Part shown: piece by piece, positions 19,041 to 27,643 of the stretch
How the letters are laid out: every line of letters begins with the position of its first letter
Numbering within the stretch: the stretch's first letter is position 1
Assembly: GCA_964525635.1 (NCBI GenBank)
Contig: CAZGJX010000053.1
Location: 1 to 27,643 of the forward strand
Source: an uncultured archaeon
GTDB taxonomy: Archaea > Asgardarchaeota > Lokiarchaeia > Sigyniarchaeales > SOKP01
Reading direction: 5' to 3'
DNA length: 27,643 bases
Program-made: the position numbers and the translations under genes
The notes under the pieces: model-generated
The model's input: the letters and a program-made list of their open reading frames with translations, nothing else
What the model was told of the DNA's origin: nothing
Database searches by the model: none

Positions 19041-21245
19041 ATGAAGAATCTGAATTTTCCTTATTCAGCCATACTTGGGCAAGGTAAGATGAAAATGGCT
19101 TTGATCTTGAACGTTATAGATCCTCAAATAGGGGGAGTTCTCTTAACGGGACATCAAGGAACGGGTAAATCTACAGCAGTTCGTTCCTTGGTAGAAGTAA
19201 TGCCTCAAATCGATATTGTTAAAGGTTGTCTATTTTCATGTGATCCTGAATCAAACTTAGATGATTTATGTATAGAATGCAGGAATAAAAAAGAAGAAAA
19301 AAAGATTGAAATAGATAAAAGAGATATGCTTTTAGTTAACTTACCTTTAGGAGTTACTGAAGACATGGTCTGTGGATCTCTCTCAATAGATAAGGTTCTT
19401 ACAGAAGGTATATCTAAACTACATCCGGGTTTATTAGCTAAAGCAAACAGAGGTATTTTATATATTGATGAAATAAATCTTCTGCAAGATCATATAGTAG
19501 ATACTTTATTAGATGCTTCGGCCTCAGGTGTTAATATAATAGAGCGCGAAGGAATTTCAGTAATGCATCCATCAAGATTTGTATTAGTTGGTTCTATGAA
19601 TCCCGAAGAAGGGGAACTAAGGCCTCAAATCGCTGATAGATTAGGTTTAGAAGTAAAAATAATAGCTCCTGATGATCCTAAACAAAGAGCAGAGATAACT
19701 AAAAGAGTAATAGAGTTTAATGATAATCCAAGAGAATTTATTAAAATATATGAAAAGGATCAAGAAAATCTAAAGCAAAAAATGATAAAAGCAAGAAAAA
19801 TAGTTAAGAATGTGAAAATACCACATTCTATTTATGAGCTTGTATCAAAAATTGTAAAAGAACTTGGAGTTTTTTCTCAGAGAACAGATATAACATTTAT
19901 AAGATGTGCTCGAGCCCATGCTGCTTTTGAAGAACGAACCATTATTAATGAAGATGATCTTAATACAGCAATGGATTTAGTGTTTGAACATAGAATCAAA
20001 TCACTTCATTATGAAATGAGTCCAGAAGAAATTAAAGGTAAAGTAAGTGAAGTATATGGAAAGATCAAAAAGGCTTATGAAGATCCTGATATATATCAAC
20101 CAAATAAAGATACAGAAGGACCTTTAAAATATTCAGATAAACCCCAAAAAGAATTTGAAAGGCAATCAATAGATCCAGAAAAAGTTGATTTTCCTGAAAC
20201 AAAAGAGGAAAAATTACCTCCACCTAAATATCCAGATGAAAAAAAAAGAAATTCGAGTCCTGCTGAAGGGTGGAAAGTAAAAGATTTAGCCATTGATGAT
20301 GACTTAAATATTTTCAGTGATCAATTTGAAATAATTCCTTTTATTTATAAAATGGAAAAAAAAATGACGTCTATTTTGGATAACATACGAAAAGAACGGA
20401 GAATTACTAATTATGGAGGAAGAGGAATTGGTAGAAGAATTAAAACCCTTTCTTCTCAGAAGGGAAGATATGTTTCATATAGAGTCCCTATGAATCTACA
20501 TCCTACAGGTATAGCACTAGATGCTACAATCAGAAACTATTTAAAAAGTACAGTTTATAACAGAACTGAAATAGATTTTCCGATTAGATTTAATAAATAT
20601 GACTTAATGGATAAAATTTATGAATATAGAGCTCCGTTAGCACTCTTTTTTGTTCTTGACAGTTCTGCATCGATGTATTATGTTATAAAACAAATGACTG
20701 ATGTTATTTTATCACTCCATAAAGAAGGATATAGGAAAAAAGATAAGATTTGTTTGATTGTATTTAGGGGTAAAGAAGCAGTAGTTTTACAAAAACCAAC
20801 AGTTTCATTTCAAAATGCAATCCAAAAATCAAAATGTATAGAAGGAAAATCATATACACCTATGGCAGCGGGTTTAAAAAAATGTCTTGAATTAATAAAA
20901 ATAGAGAAATTAAAAAATAGAAATATAATTCCTGTTATTTTTATATGTTCTGATTGTGGAGCTAATATCTCAGTAAAATATCCTGAATTGATCGCCCAAG
21001 TTGAAAGTGATTATATATTGATTGTCCAAGAATTGAAAGAGATTACAAAATCATTAACTCATCAAAATGCTCATATGGTTGTCTTGGAACCGAAAAAAAG
21101 TTATGCCACTCAAAATCTTGGTGTTCATCCGTATTCTGCAGATCAGATTAAAAGAAACTTTAAGGATTTTGGAAATGCTGAAATATATCAGTTTGATAAA
21201 TATAATCCATCATCTCTTATTCTACAATTGAAAAAGATTCTTTAA
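19041..21245 (+). CDS. ChlI/ChlD-type chelatase-family AAA+ ATPase with C-terminal vWA domain
   Basis: FPYSAILGQ, Walker A GHQGTGKS, LPLGVTED, PGLLAKANRGILYIDEINLL (Walker B), EREGIS, SMNPEEGELRPQ, an acidic/Pro-rich linker and the vWA MIDAS motif DSSAS. Confidence 0.9.
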   Translation: MKNLNFPYSAILGQGKMKMALILNVIDPQIGGVLLTGHQGTGKSTAVRSLVEVMPQIDIVKGCLFSCDPESNLDDLCIECRNKKEEKKIEIDKRDMLLVNLPLGVTEDMVCGSLSIDKVLTEGISKLHPGLLAKANRGILYIDEINLLQDHIVDTLLDASASGVNIIEREGISVMHPSRFVLVGSMNPEEGELRPQIADRLGLEVKIIAPDDPKQRAEITKRVIEFNDNPREFIKIYEKDQENLKQKMIKARKIVKNVKIPHSIYELVSKIVKELGVFSQRTDITFIRCARAHAAFEERTIINEDDLNTAMDLVFEHRIKSLHYEMSPEEIKGKVSEVYGKIKKAYEDPDIYQPNKDTEGPLKYSDKPQKEFERQSIDPEKVDFPETKEEKLPPPKYPDEKKRNSSPAEGWKVKDLAIDDDLNIFSDQFEIIPFIYKMEKKMTSILDNIRKERRITNYGGRGIGRRIKTLSSQKGRYVSYRVPMNLHPTGIALDATIRNYLKSTVYNRTEIDFPIRFNKYDLMDKIYEYRAPLALFFVLDSSASMYYVIKQMTDVILSLHKEGYRKKDKICLIVFRGKEAVVLQKPTVSFQNAIQKSKCIEGKSYTPMAAGLKKCLELIKIEKLKNRNIIPVIFICSDCGANISVKYPELIAQVESDYILIVQELKEITKSLTHQNAHMVVLEPKKSYATQNLGVHPYSADQIKRNFKDFGNAEIYQFDKYNPSSLILQLKKIL

Positions 21246-21330
21246 ACAACATATTTTTCCTTGAACTTAACTTTATTAAATTCAAGTTGATATTTATTAT
21301 AATCATTCCTATTATTGGGTATATTTTATT

Positions 21331-21884
21331 ATGAAAACTGAAAAAGAAAAAATGTTAGATGGAGAAAGTTATGATCCTATGGATCCTGAATTAGAAAATA
21401 GTAGAAAAAGAGCAAAGACTATTTTAAGAGAATTTAATACTACTCCTGTTGATAATGATGAAAAAAAATGGAATTTATTAGAGAATTGTTTGGATCTGTT
21501 GGTAAATATTTTGGGATTGACCCACCTTTTCAATTCGATTATGGTTACAATATCCATTTAAAAAATATAGTATATTTCAATGTCAATTGTGTAGTATTGG
21601 ATGGTAATAGGGTTGAAATTGGTAATAATGTTATGTTTGGGCCTTCAGTTCATATATACACTGTAACTCATCCAATCGATCCTAAGGAGCGATTAACATA
21701 TAGATTATTTACATCACCCGTTAAAATAGGAAATAACGTATGGATAGGAGGTCATAGCACAATTTTACCAGGAATTTCTATTGGTAATAATTCTACAATT
21801 GGAGCTGGAAGTGTAGTTACAAAAGATATACCTGATAATGTTGTAGCCGTTGGAAATCCCTGCAATATTATTAAAAAAATTTAG
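21331..21884 (+). pseudogene. maa: Maltose/sugar O-acetyltransferase split by a single-base frameshift in an A8 run
   Basis: The first ORF begins MKTEKEKMLDGESY (Mac N-terminal domain). The second ORF, in the -1 frame, has FDYGYNI, hexapeptide repeats and GAGSVVTKDIPDNVVAVGNPC. Joining at the A8 run (21461-21468) gives a 184-aa full-length protein. Confidence 0.85.
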
Positions 21885-21959
21885 AATATAAAATGAATTA
21901 TATTGATGTTAAATATCAGAATTTGTAATTATTAGACTGAGAAATATTAAATTTTAATT

Positions 21960-21970
21960 AAAAAAAAAAA
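21960..21970 (-). terminator. Oligo-T terminator candidate (T11 on minus strand) downstream of the 806-aa surface protein
   Basis: A11 run 20 bp past the stop codon. An equivalent run lies behind the paralog, consistent with archaeal oligo-U termination. Confidence 0.5.
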
Positions 21971-21989
21971 GAATTAATTTAGATTTAGA

Positions 21990-24410
21990 TTATTTTTTAC
22001 GCATTTTTCTGACAAATAAGCCAGATATAATTATAATCATAAGCGATATCATAAACAAGTCATATCCAGGGATATCATCAGATGGTTCTGTCGTAGTAGC
22101 TGAACGTAAGACATATGCCATCATTGATATTACACTTGTATCCCACACTCCTGTTTCTATTGTTATTGAATTAGTAGCAGAATCGTAAATAACGTAATCA
22201 TAGAATTCTGGGGGTGCTTCATCCCATTGATTTGTTCCACTCATATTGAAAGCACCGAAGATAGCTATTATATCATCTACATCTATACTTGATGGAAGAG
22301 TGATTGTCATTGTGATATTTCCAGTAATTAAACCATAATTTTCAAATAATTGATCAAAATATACTATGGCTGTGCCATTAGTTATAGATACATTAGTAGG
22401 ATTCATTGGAAAATAGTTGTATATGAGTGCTGCGCTAGGACCTCCGACTGCTACGTCAACTTGAATATTAACAGTTACTCCTGTTGAAAATCCATCATTT
22501 AATGTAATTGCATTTGCTCCTGTTGAAAGTGATTGATAATGTTTATAATACAATGACATATAAGACCAATCTTCTCCTGGTATTGGTTGTTTAGACCATC
22601 CATATATCATTTCAATTCTACCAGATGCTTCATCAAACATGAAATGTAATGATCTATCTTCAGTGGAATTTCTCATTTGAACATAACCAACATTATAGGT
22701 AACATCATCGTAAACTGTTCCATATACGGTCATAAAGTTTGAAAGATCAGTACTGGAAGTATCTTCCGGCAATAATATCGGAGGACCTTGAACAATACCT
22801 TTAAAAATAACAGGAGAAAGCGGCCAAAGCGTATTTGCTAATGCTATTGGACCTTGACTATCATAATCCCATGATTGAGTAGAAGGATTCCATCGCTCTG
22901 TTTCTGCGGTTATATATGAATGAAATTGTAGATCTGGTTGACCCGATGGGAGGATAGCTGGAATTCCCATTAAATTAAACTCTTGGAAAATCGCACTCAT
23001 ATTAACAAAAGCGCTACCAGTCCCAATTATTGTTAATCTTAAATCTCTAGGATGCTCACTATTATCTTTAACATATAAAACATCACCAGGATTGACAGAC
23101 CAATCTACTAAAGTCAGATTTTTAAGTTCATAATATACTATACCACTTTCCATTTTCATTAAAAAGTATTGAACTATTCCATCAGCTTTATCGATTTTCG
23201 ATTTTACTATTTCGGGTCCTGTAGAATTTCTTATAATAATTTCAATATAACCATTTTCAGTAAAATTTATATCATCAAAAGGAGCATTCCGAAGACGAAA
23301 AGTATCGAGATTATACATAAACATATAATCTTCCAAAGTAGCACTCGTTGGATATAGAAAAGTGAACTCTAATGTTCCTCCTTCATCAAAATATGAAGGA
23401 TAAAAATTATTGGCCATTCCTATTGGGATATCAACTTCATTAAGTTCATAATCTGTTCCATTCCAGAGAGATATATCCGCAAATACAGCTTCATATATCA
23501 TATTAATTGGTTCATCTGAGAATGAATTTAAAGTTTTATCAACCATTACATCAGAAATACTTGTAACTTCTACTTTTACATCAGATGATTCAGCCACAGG
23601 TTCATCCCCCTCATAAAAGTCATAATAAATTGTTTCTCCATTAGTAACTCCCCATTCAACCTCATCAGTGTAATCATAATCAAAAACTTGGGTCATTGTA
23701 GCATTGACTTCCATCGGTCCATCCATATTAATCCTTAAATATGCTGAGCCAGAACTCATAGTTCCATTATCATAGTAGTATCCATCTACAAAATATCCAT
23801 CTGAAGAATTAGAAAAATAGATCTGATTAGTATTATTATCAGACATATAATAATCAAAACTATTAAATGCCATTTGACCCATAGGATAATAAAATGTTTC
23901 ATTTATAATTGGTGCCAATATATCAACTTCTACACTTGAACTATTTAATGGTAATATAAAGGGTATCCCATTCTGACCTGCTCTTAATCTATGTGTTGTT
24001 GGATCTGTACTGTTATATCCAAAAAGAGCAATTTCACTATTACTATATTCATATGATTCTAACATTCCCGAAGTCACATTATAGTAGCATTGTGTTGCAT
24101 TTACTTGAGAAAATTCATGTACTCCTGACCAGTTGACTATAACATCTTCAATAGAAGTAATGTTATAGATCCAAATATCTTTCCACATCATAGCTACCTC
24201 TCCAGAAGTTAGATTTGTTATTATAAATTCTCCTTCGAAATACAACTGATCTCCCTCATCAACATCCCAATGCCATCCATTTTGAGGATCTGGTTCGGGT
24301 ATAGCAGGTCCTGCTTGAGTTTTTGGAATAAATGAATTTAATGCTATTATTGTGGGAAGCACTAGTAATAAGATTGTAATATATCGTCTATTTTTTTTTA
24401 AAACTCTCAT
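21990..24410 (-). CDS. Secreted surface glycoprotein with C-terminal IPGY (Loki-CTERM-like) sorting signal
   Basis: Signal peptide (basic N-region, hydrophobic core, TQA), many N-x-S/T sequons and three internal modules starting W.V..G(D/E)..Y. C-terminal IPGY + TM helix + RKMRKK. Confidence 0.85.
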   Translation of the reverse strand: MRVLKKNRRYITILLLVLPTIIALNSFIPKTQAGPAIPEPDPQNGWHWDVDEGDQLYFEGEFIITNLTSGEVAMMWKDIWIYNITSIEDVIVNWSGVHEFSQVNATQCYYNVTSGMLESYEYSNSEIALFGYNSTDPTTHRLRAGQNGIPFILPLNSSSVEVDILAPIINETFYYPMGQMAFNSFDYYMSDNNTNQIYFSNSSDGYFVDGYYYDNGTMSSGSAYLRINMDGPMEVNATMTQVFDYDYTDEVEWGVTNGETIYYDFYEGDEPVAESSDVKVEVTSISDVMVDKTLNSFSDEPINMIYEAVFADISLWNGTDYELNEVDIPIGMANNFYPSYFDEGGTLEFTFLYPTSATLEDYMFMYNLDTFRLRNAPFDDINFTENGYIEIIIRNSTGPEIVKSKIDKADGIVQYFLMKMESGIVYYELKNLTLVDWSVNPGDVLYVKDNSEHPRDLRLTIIGTGSAFVNMSAIFQEFNLMGIPAILPSGQPDLQFHSYITAETERWNPSTQSWDYDSQGPIALANTLWPLSPVIFKGIVQGPPILLPEDTSSTDLSNFMTVYGTVYDDVTYNVGYVQMRNSTEDRSLHFMFDEASGRIEMIYGWSKQPIPGEDWSYMSLYYKHYQSLSTGANAITLNDGFSTGVTVNIQVDVAVGGPSAALIYNYFPMNPTNVSITNGTAIVYFDQLFENYGLITGNITMTITLPSSIDVDDIIAIFGAFNMSGTNQWDEAPPEFYDYVIYDSATNSITIETGVWDTSVISMMAYVLRSATTTEPSDDIPGYDLFMISLMIIIISGLFVRKMRKK

Positions 24411-24474
24411 AAAAGATCATAGATTTTAATTTTTTTTCAGAAAAATAAAATTAACATATAAGTAACAACTCCGA

Positions 24475-24495
24475 TTTTTATAACTTTGGTATATA
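24475..24495 (-). promoter_or_regulatory. Putative BRE/TATA promoter of the 806-aa surface protein
   Basis: The minus strand reads ATACCAAAGTTATAAAAA about 65 bp upstream of the ATG. It is conserved at the same distance upstream of the paralog. Confidence 0.6.
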
Positions 24496-24499
24496 AAAT

Positions 24500-24510
24500 A
24501 AAAAAAAAAA
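24500..24510 (-). terminator. Oligo-T terminator candidate (T11 on minus strand) downstream of the 900-aa surface protein
   Basis: A11 run 24 bp past the stop codon, directly adjacent to the next gene's putative promoter. Confidence 0.5.
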
Positions 24511-24533
24511 GATTCATTTGAATTAGATTTAAA

Positions 24534-27236
24534 TTATTTTTTACGCATTTTTCTAATGAATAAACCAGAGATGATTATTATCATTATTGATATCATAAAT
24601 AGGTCGTATCCAGGGATATCACTTGGTGTTTCTTCTTTATCTGTTGTAGCACTAGCTTCTGAAGATGCAACACTGGGATTATTATTTACATCGAAAGCAA
24701 TTACAACATAATAATAGGTTGTGTCAGGAGTTAATCCTGTATCTAAATAAGAACTAGTAGTTGTAGTGTCAACCAATGTTGAGGGCCCAGGAGTGAATCC
24801 CGAAGTCGTACTTCGATAGATACGATAGAGATCAAAATCAGGCTCAATATTATCATCCCAATCAAGAGAGAGACTTGTTGTTCCACCTGTTGTAGCAGCA
24901 AGTCCAGTTGGAGCTGCAGGGGGCGTAGATTCTGTGATGTATGCTATCGCCGAAATTACACATGACTCCCACACAGTAATCTCAATTGTTATTGAATTAG
25001 AACCATAATCATATATAACATAATCATAGAATTCTGGAGGTGCTTCATCCCATTGATCTGTTCCACTCATATTAAAAGCAATGAAGATAAGTTCTATATC
25101 ATCTAGATCTATACTTAGTGGAAGAGTAATTATCATTGTCATATTTCCAGTAATTAAGGAATAATTAGCCAATAATTGATCAAAATAAACAATAGGTGTA
25201 CCACTAGGTAAGGAAACATTAACAGGATTCATTGGAAAATAGTTATATATAAGTGCTGCGCCAGTACCTGTTCCTCCAACTTGAATTTCCATGTCAACAA
25301 TTACTCCTGTAGAAAATTCATCATTTAAAGTAAAAGTATTTACTCCCGATGAAAGTGATTGATAGTGTTTATAATAAAAAGATATATAAGACCACTCTGA
25401 TCCTAGAATTGGTTGATTAGACCATCCATATATCATTGTTATTCTCCCCGATATCTCATCAAAATGGAAATGTAATGATCGATCTAATGTGGAATTTCTC
25501 ATTTGAATATGACCAGTATTATAGGTAATGTCATCATAAATAGTTCCATACACATCCATAAAGCTTGAAAGTTCGTTACTGGTTGTATCTTCAGGAAGCA
25601 ATATTGGAGACCCTTGAACAATACCTGCGAACATAGCAGGAGAAAGTGGCCAGAACGTATTTGCTAAAGCTATTGGACCTTCACTATAATAATCCCATGA
25701 TTGAGTAGAAGGATTCCATCGCTCTATTTCTGCGGTTATATATGAATGAAATTGCAGTTCTGGTTGACTAGGAGGAAGGGTAACTGAAAGTCCCATTGAA
25801 TTAAATTGTTGGAAAATTGCACTCATATTGACAAAAGCTCCACCTGATCCAAGTATTGTTAGTTTTAAATCGCTAGGTTTTTCTCCATTATCCTTAGCAT
25901 ATAAAATATCACCAGGATTGACAGACCAATCCACTAAAGACTCTTCTTTTAATTTATAATGAGCTATACCACCACTTCCTTTCATTAAGAATGATGCAAT
26001 TATTCCTGTTGATTTATTTATTTTATTATTAGCATTTTCAGTACCTGTAGTATTTTTTAAATCCACTTCTAGATAATCATTATCATGATAATGGACCTCA
26101 TCAAATGGTATACCCCAAATACGAAGTGTATCATTATTAAACATAAATTGCATATCTTCTATTGTTACACTAATCGGAATTAAAAAATTATATTCATTTT
26201 GTGTTTCATTATCTAAATATTGGTGGTAAAAGTTATTCGCAATTCCAATTGAAACATTAGGTTCCCCAAGTTCATAATCAGTTCCATTCCAGAAGGATAT
26301 ATCAGCATACACAGCTTGATATGTCATATATACGGGATCATCAGAGAAGGCATTATTATTCTTTGTAATTAATATATTAGAAATATTAGTGACTTCTACT
26401 TTTAAATCAGATGATTCATCTACTGGATCAGATCCCTCATACCAGTCATAATAAAATGATTCTCCAATAGTAACTCCCCATATAATTTCATCAGTAATAT
26501 TATAATCAAAGACCTGTTTCATTGTAACATTAATAGCCATAGGACCATCTCCCATATTAGCCGCTAAATATACTGAACAATCACTCAAAGTACCATTATC
26601 AAAGTAAGAACCATCAGAGAAATATCCATGTGTAGTATTAGAAAAAACAATTCTATTGGTATTATTATCAGTCATGTAGTAATCATATTTATTATATGCT
26701 ATTTGACCCATAGGATAATAAAATGTTTCATTTAGTATTGGTGCTAAAATATCAACATCTACGCTTGAACTGTTTAATGGCAATACAACGGGTATCCCAC
26801 TCATACCTGCTCTTATTCTATGGTGTATCTGATCAGTACTGTTATAACCAAAAAGAACAAGTTCTTGAGAATTGCCATATGATTCCAACTCCCCTGAAGT
26901 CACATTATGATAACATTGTTCATAAAATACTACAGAAACTTCATTCATTCCAAACCAATCAACTGTTTCATTTACAATAGAGGTAATGTTATAGATCCAA
27001 AGATCCTTGAACATTTTAGTCACTTCACCACTAGAAAGATTTGTTACTATAAATTCTCCTTCGAAATACAACTGATCTCCCTCATCGATACCCCAATGCC
27101 AAGCATTGTTAGGATGTGGTTCTGGTATATCCGGTCCGGCTTGTACAAGTGGAATATATTTGTTAAATGCTAATATTGTAGGTATAATTAGTAATAAAAT
27201 AGTGATATAACGCCTACTTTTTTTTAAAACTCTCAT
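24534..27236 (-). CDS. Secreted surface glycoprotein, tandem paralog of 21990..24410, with an added fibronectin type III domain and IPGY sorting signal
   Basis: Collinear with the 806-aa protein. It has an extra segment PPAAPTGLAAT..SLSLDW..YRIYRS..YLDTGLTPDTTYYYVVIAFD (FN3) before IPGYDLFMISIMIIIISGLFIRKMRKK. Confidence 0.88.
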   Translation of the reverse strand: MRVLKKSRRYITILLLIIPTILAFNKYIPLVQAGPDIPEPHPNNAWHWGIDEGDQLYFEGEFIVTNLSSGEVTKMFKDLWIYNITSIVNETVDWFGMNEVSVVFYEQCYHNVTSGELESYGNSQELVLFGYNSTDQIHHRIRAGMSGIPVVLPLNSSSVDVDILAPILNETFYYPMGQIAYNKYDYYMTDNNTNRIVFSNTTHGYFSDGSYFDNGTLSDCSVYLAANMGDGPMAINVTMKQVFDYNITDEIIWGVTIGESFYYDWYEGSDPVDESSDLKVEVTNISNILITKNNNAFSDDPVYMTYQAVYADISFWNGTDYELGEPNVSIGIANNFYHQYLDNETQNEYNFLIPISVTIEDMQFMFNNDTLRIWGIPFDEVHYHDNDYLEVDLKNTTGTENANNKINKSTGIIASFLMKGSGGIAHYKLKEESLVDWSVNPGDILYAKDNGEKPSDLKLTILGSGGAFVNMSAIFQQFNSMGLSVTLPPSQPELQFHSYITAEIERWNPSTQSWDYYSEGPIALANTFWPLSPAMFAGIVQGSPILLPEDTTSNELSSFMDVYGTIYDDITYNTGHIQMRNSTLDRSLHFHFDEISGRITMIYGWSNQPILGSEWSYISFYYKHYQSLSSGVNTFTLNDEFSTGVIVDMEIQVGGTGTGAALIYNYFPMNPVNVSLPSGTPIVYFDQLLANYSLITGNMTMIITLPLSIDLDDIELIFIAFNMSGTDQWDEAPPEFYDYVIYDYGSNSITIEITVWESCVISAIAYITESTPPAAPTGLAATTGGTTSLSLDWDDNIEPDFDLYRIYRSTTSGFTPGPSTLVDTTTTSSYLDTGLTPDTTYYYVVIAFDVNNNPSVASSEASATTDKEETPSDIPGYDLFMISIMIIIISGLFIRKMRKK

Positions 27237-27301
27237 AAAATATCATTGATTTTAATTTTTTTTATTCAAAATAAAAATTAACAAATAAGTAACAACTAAG
27301 T

Positions 27302-27321
27302 TTTTTATAACTTTCGTATAT
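27302..27321 (-). promoter_or_regulatory. Putative BRE/TATA promoter of the 900-aa surface protein
   Basis: The minus strand reads ATACGAAAGTTATAAAAA about 66 bp upstream of the ATG, matching the paralog's upstream element. Confidence 0.6.
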
Positions 27322-27493
27322 GTCAATAACAAATCGAATAAGGTTTATCACTGAGGAGTAATTCGACTTAAATATATGCAAATATTCAAATAATTAACCA
27401 AAACCATATATAATTTTAAAATTTAAATTGATTAAAAATATTTTTTCAATATTCTTTATAGAATGAATTAAATAAAGAGTTAAACAAAAAAAA

Positions 27494-27643
27494 ATGAAAA
27501 ATAATAGAAAATCTATAATAGTTATTGGTTTTAATACTAGACCTCTGGTTTATTCTTTATTTCAAGCAGGATTTAAAATGTACGCTGTAGATTTCTTTGG
27601 TGACTCAGATCTTTATCCTTATGTCGAAGACTGTATTATAATT
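27494..27643 (+). CDS. 5' end of a probable ATP-grasp superfamily protein (truncated by window edge)
   Basis: Translated by hand: MKNNRKSIIVIGFNTRPLVYSLFQAGFKMYAVDFFGDSDLYPYVEDCIII. The VIG.N.R...S...AG..Y.VD.FGD.D pattern resembles the N-terminus of archaeal ATP-grasp carboligases. Confidence 0.6.
   Translation, partial: MKNNRKSIIVIGFNTRPLVYSLFQAGFKMYAVDFFGDSDLYPYVEDCIII

Noticed and set aside
24388-24420. Out-of-frame upstream mini-ORF MIFYESFKKK overlapping the start of both surface-protein paralogs (also 27214-27246)
   Set aside because: Its conservation is explained by the duplication itself and by TGAT being an SD-like element; there is no independent evidence of translation.
671-27173. 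Short antisense ORFs in the track (671..1060, 2140..2343, 4680..4973, 6804..7124, 9616..9825, 12690..12923, 18020..18217, 18198..18515, 20096..20293, 21369..21557, 23169..23357, 26723..26980, 26907..27173)
   Set aside because: All lie opposite well-supported genes and have no recognizable motifs; they are shadow ORFs.
27334-27366. Short inverted repeat TCGAAT...ATTCGA considered as a SECIS-like or regulatory hairpin
   Set aside because: The stem is only 6 bp and no in-frame TGA selenoprotein candidate was seen in the window.

Overview
This is a very AT-rich archaeal chromosomal window, most likely from Asgard archaea (Lokiarchaeia). The support is two IPGY-type C-terminal sorting signals, eukaryote-like Rpn11/CSN5-type MPN proteins and BRE/TATA-type promoters. 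Left to right it carries: a small Sm-like protein; a beta-CASP metallo-beta-lactamase nuclease with a duplicated N-terminal domain; myo-inositol-1-phosphate synthase; a CopA-type P1B-ATPase with extra C-terminal metal-binding modules; a multi-pass membrane protein with two winged-helix-like cytoplasmic domains; and a small wHTH-like protein. Next comes a cluster of three paralogous JAB/MPN genes: an abutting pair of one catalytically intact and one degenerate MPN-coiled-coil protein, plus a divergent intact MPN. The cluster also holds a zinc-ribbon protein and a 55-aa Cys-rich zinc-finger ORF missing from the ORF track. The right part has a receptor-like LVIVD/Ca-binding-repeat surface protein, a ChlI/ChlD-type AAA+-vWA protein, a frameshifted maltose O-acetyltransferase, two tandemly duplicated surface glycoproteins and the start of a probable ATP-grasp gene. 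The best candidate for an undescribed system is the MPN+/MPN- coiled-coil pair and its neighbours, which resembles eukaryotic active/inactive MPN heterodimers (Rpn11-Rpn8, CSN5-CSN6, BRCC36-Abraxas). I saw no rRNA, tRNA, CRISPR array or mobile element. All assignments come from motif reading by eye; no searches were run.
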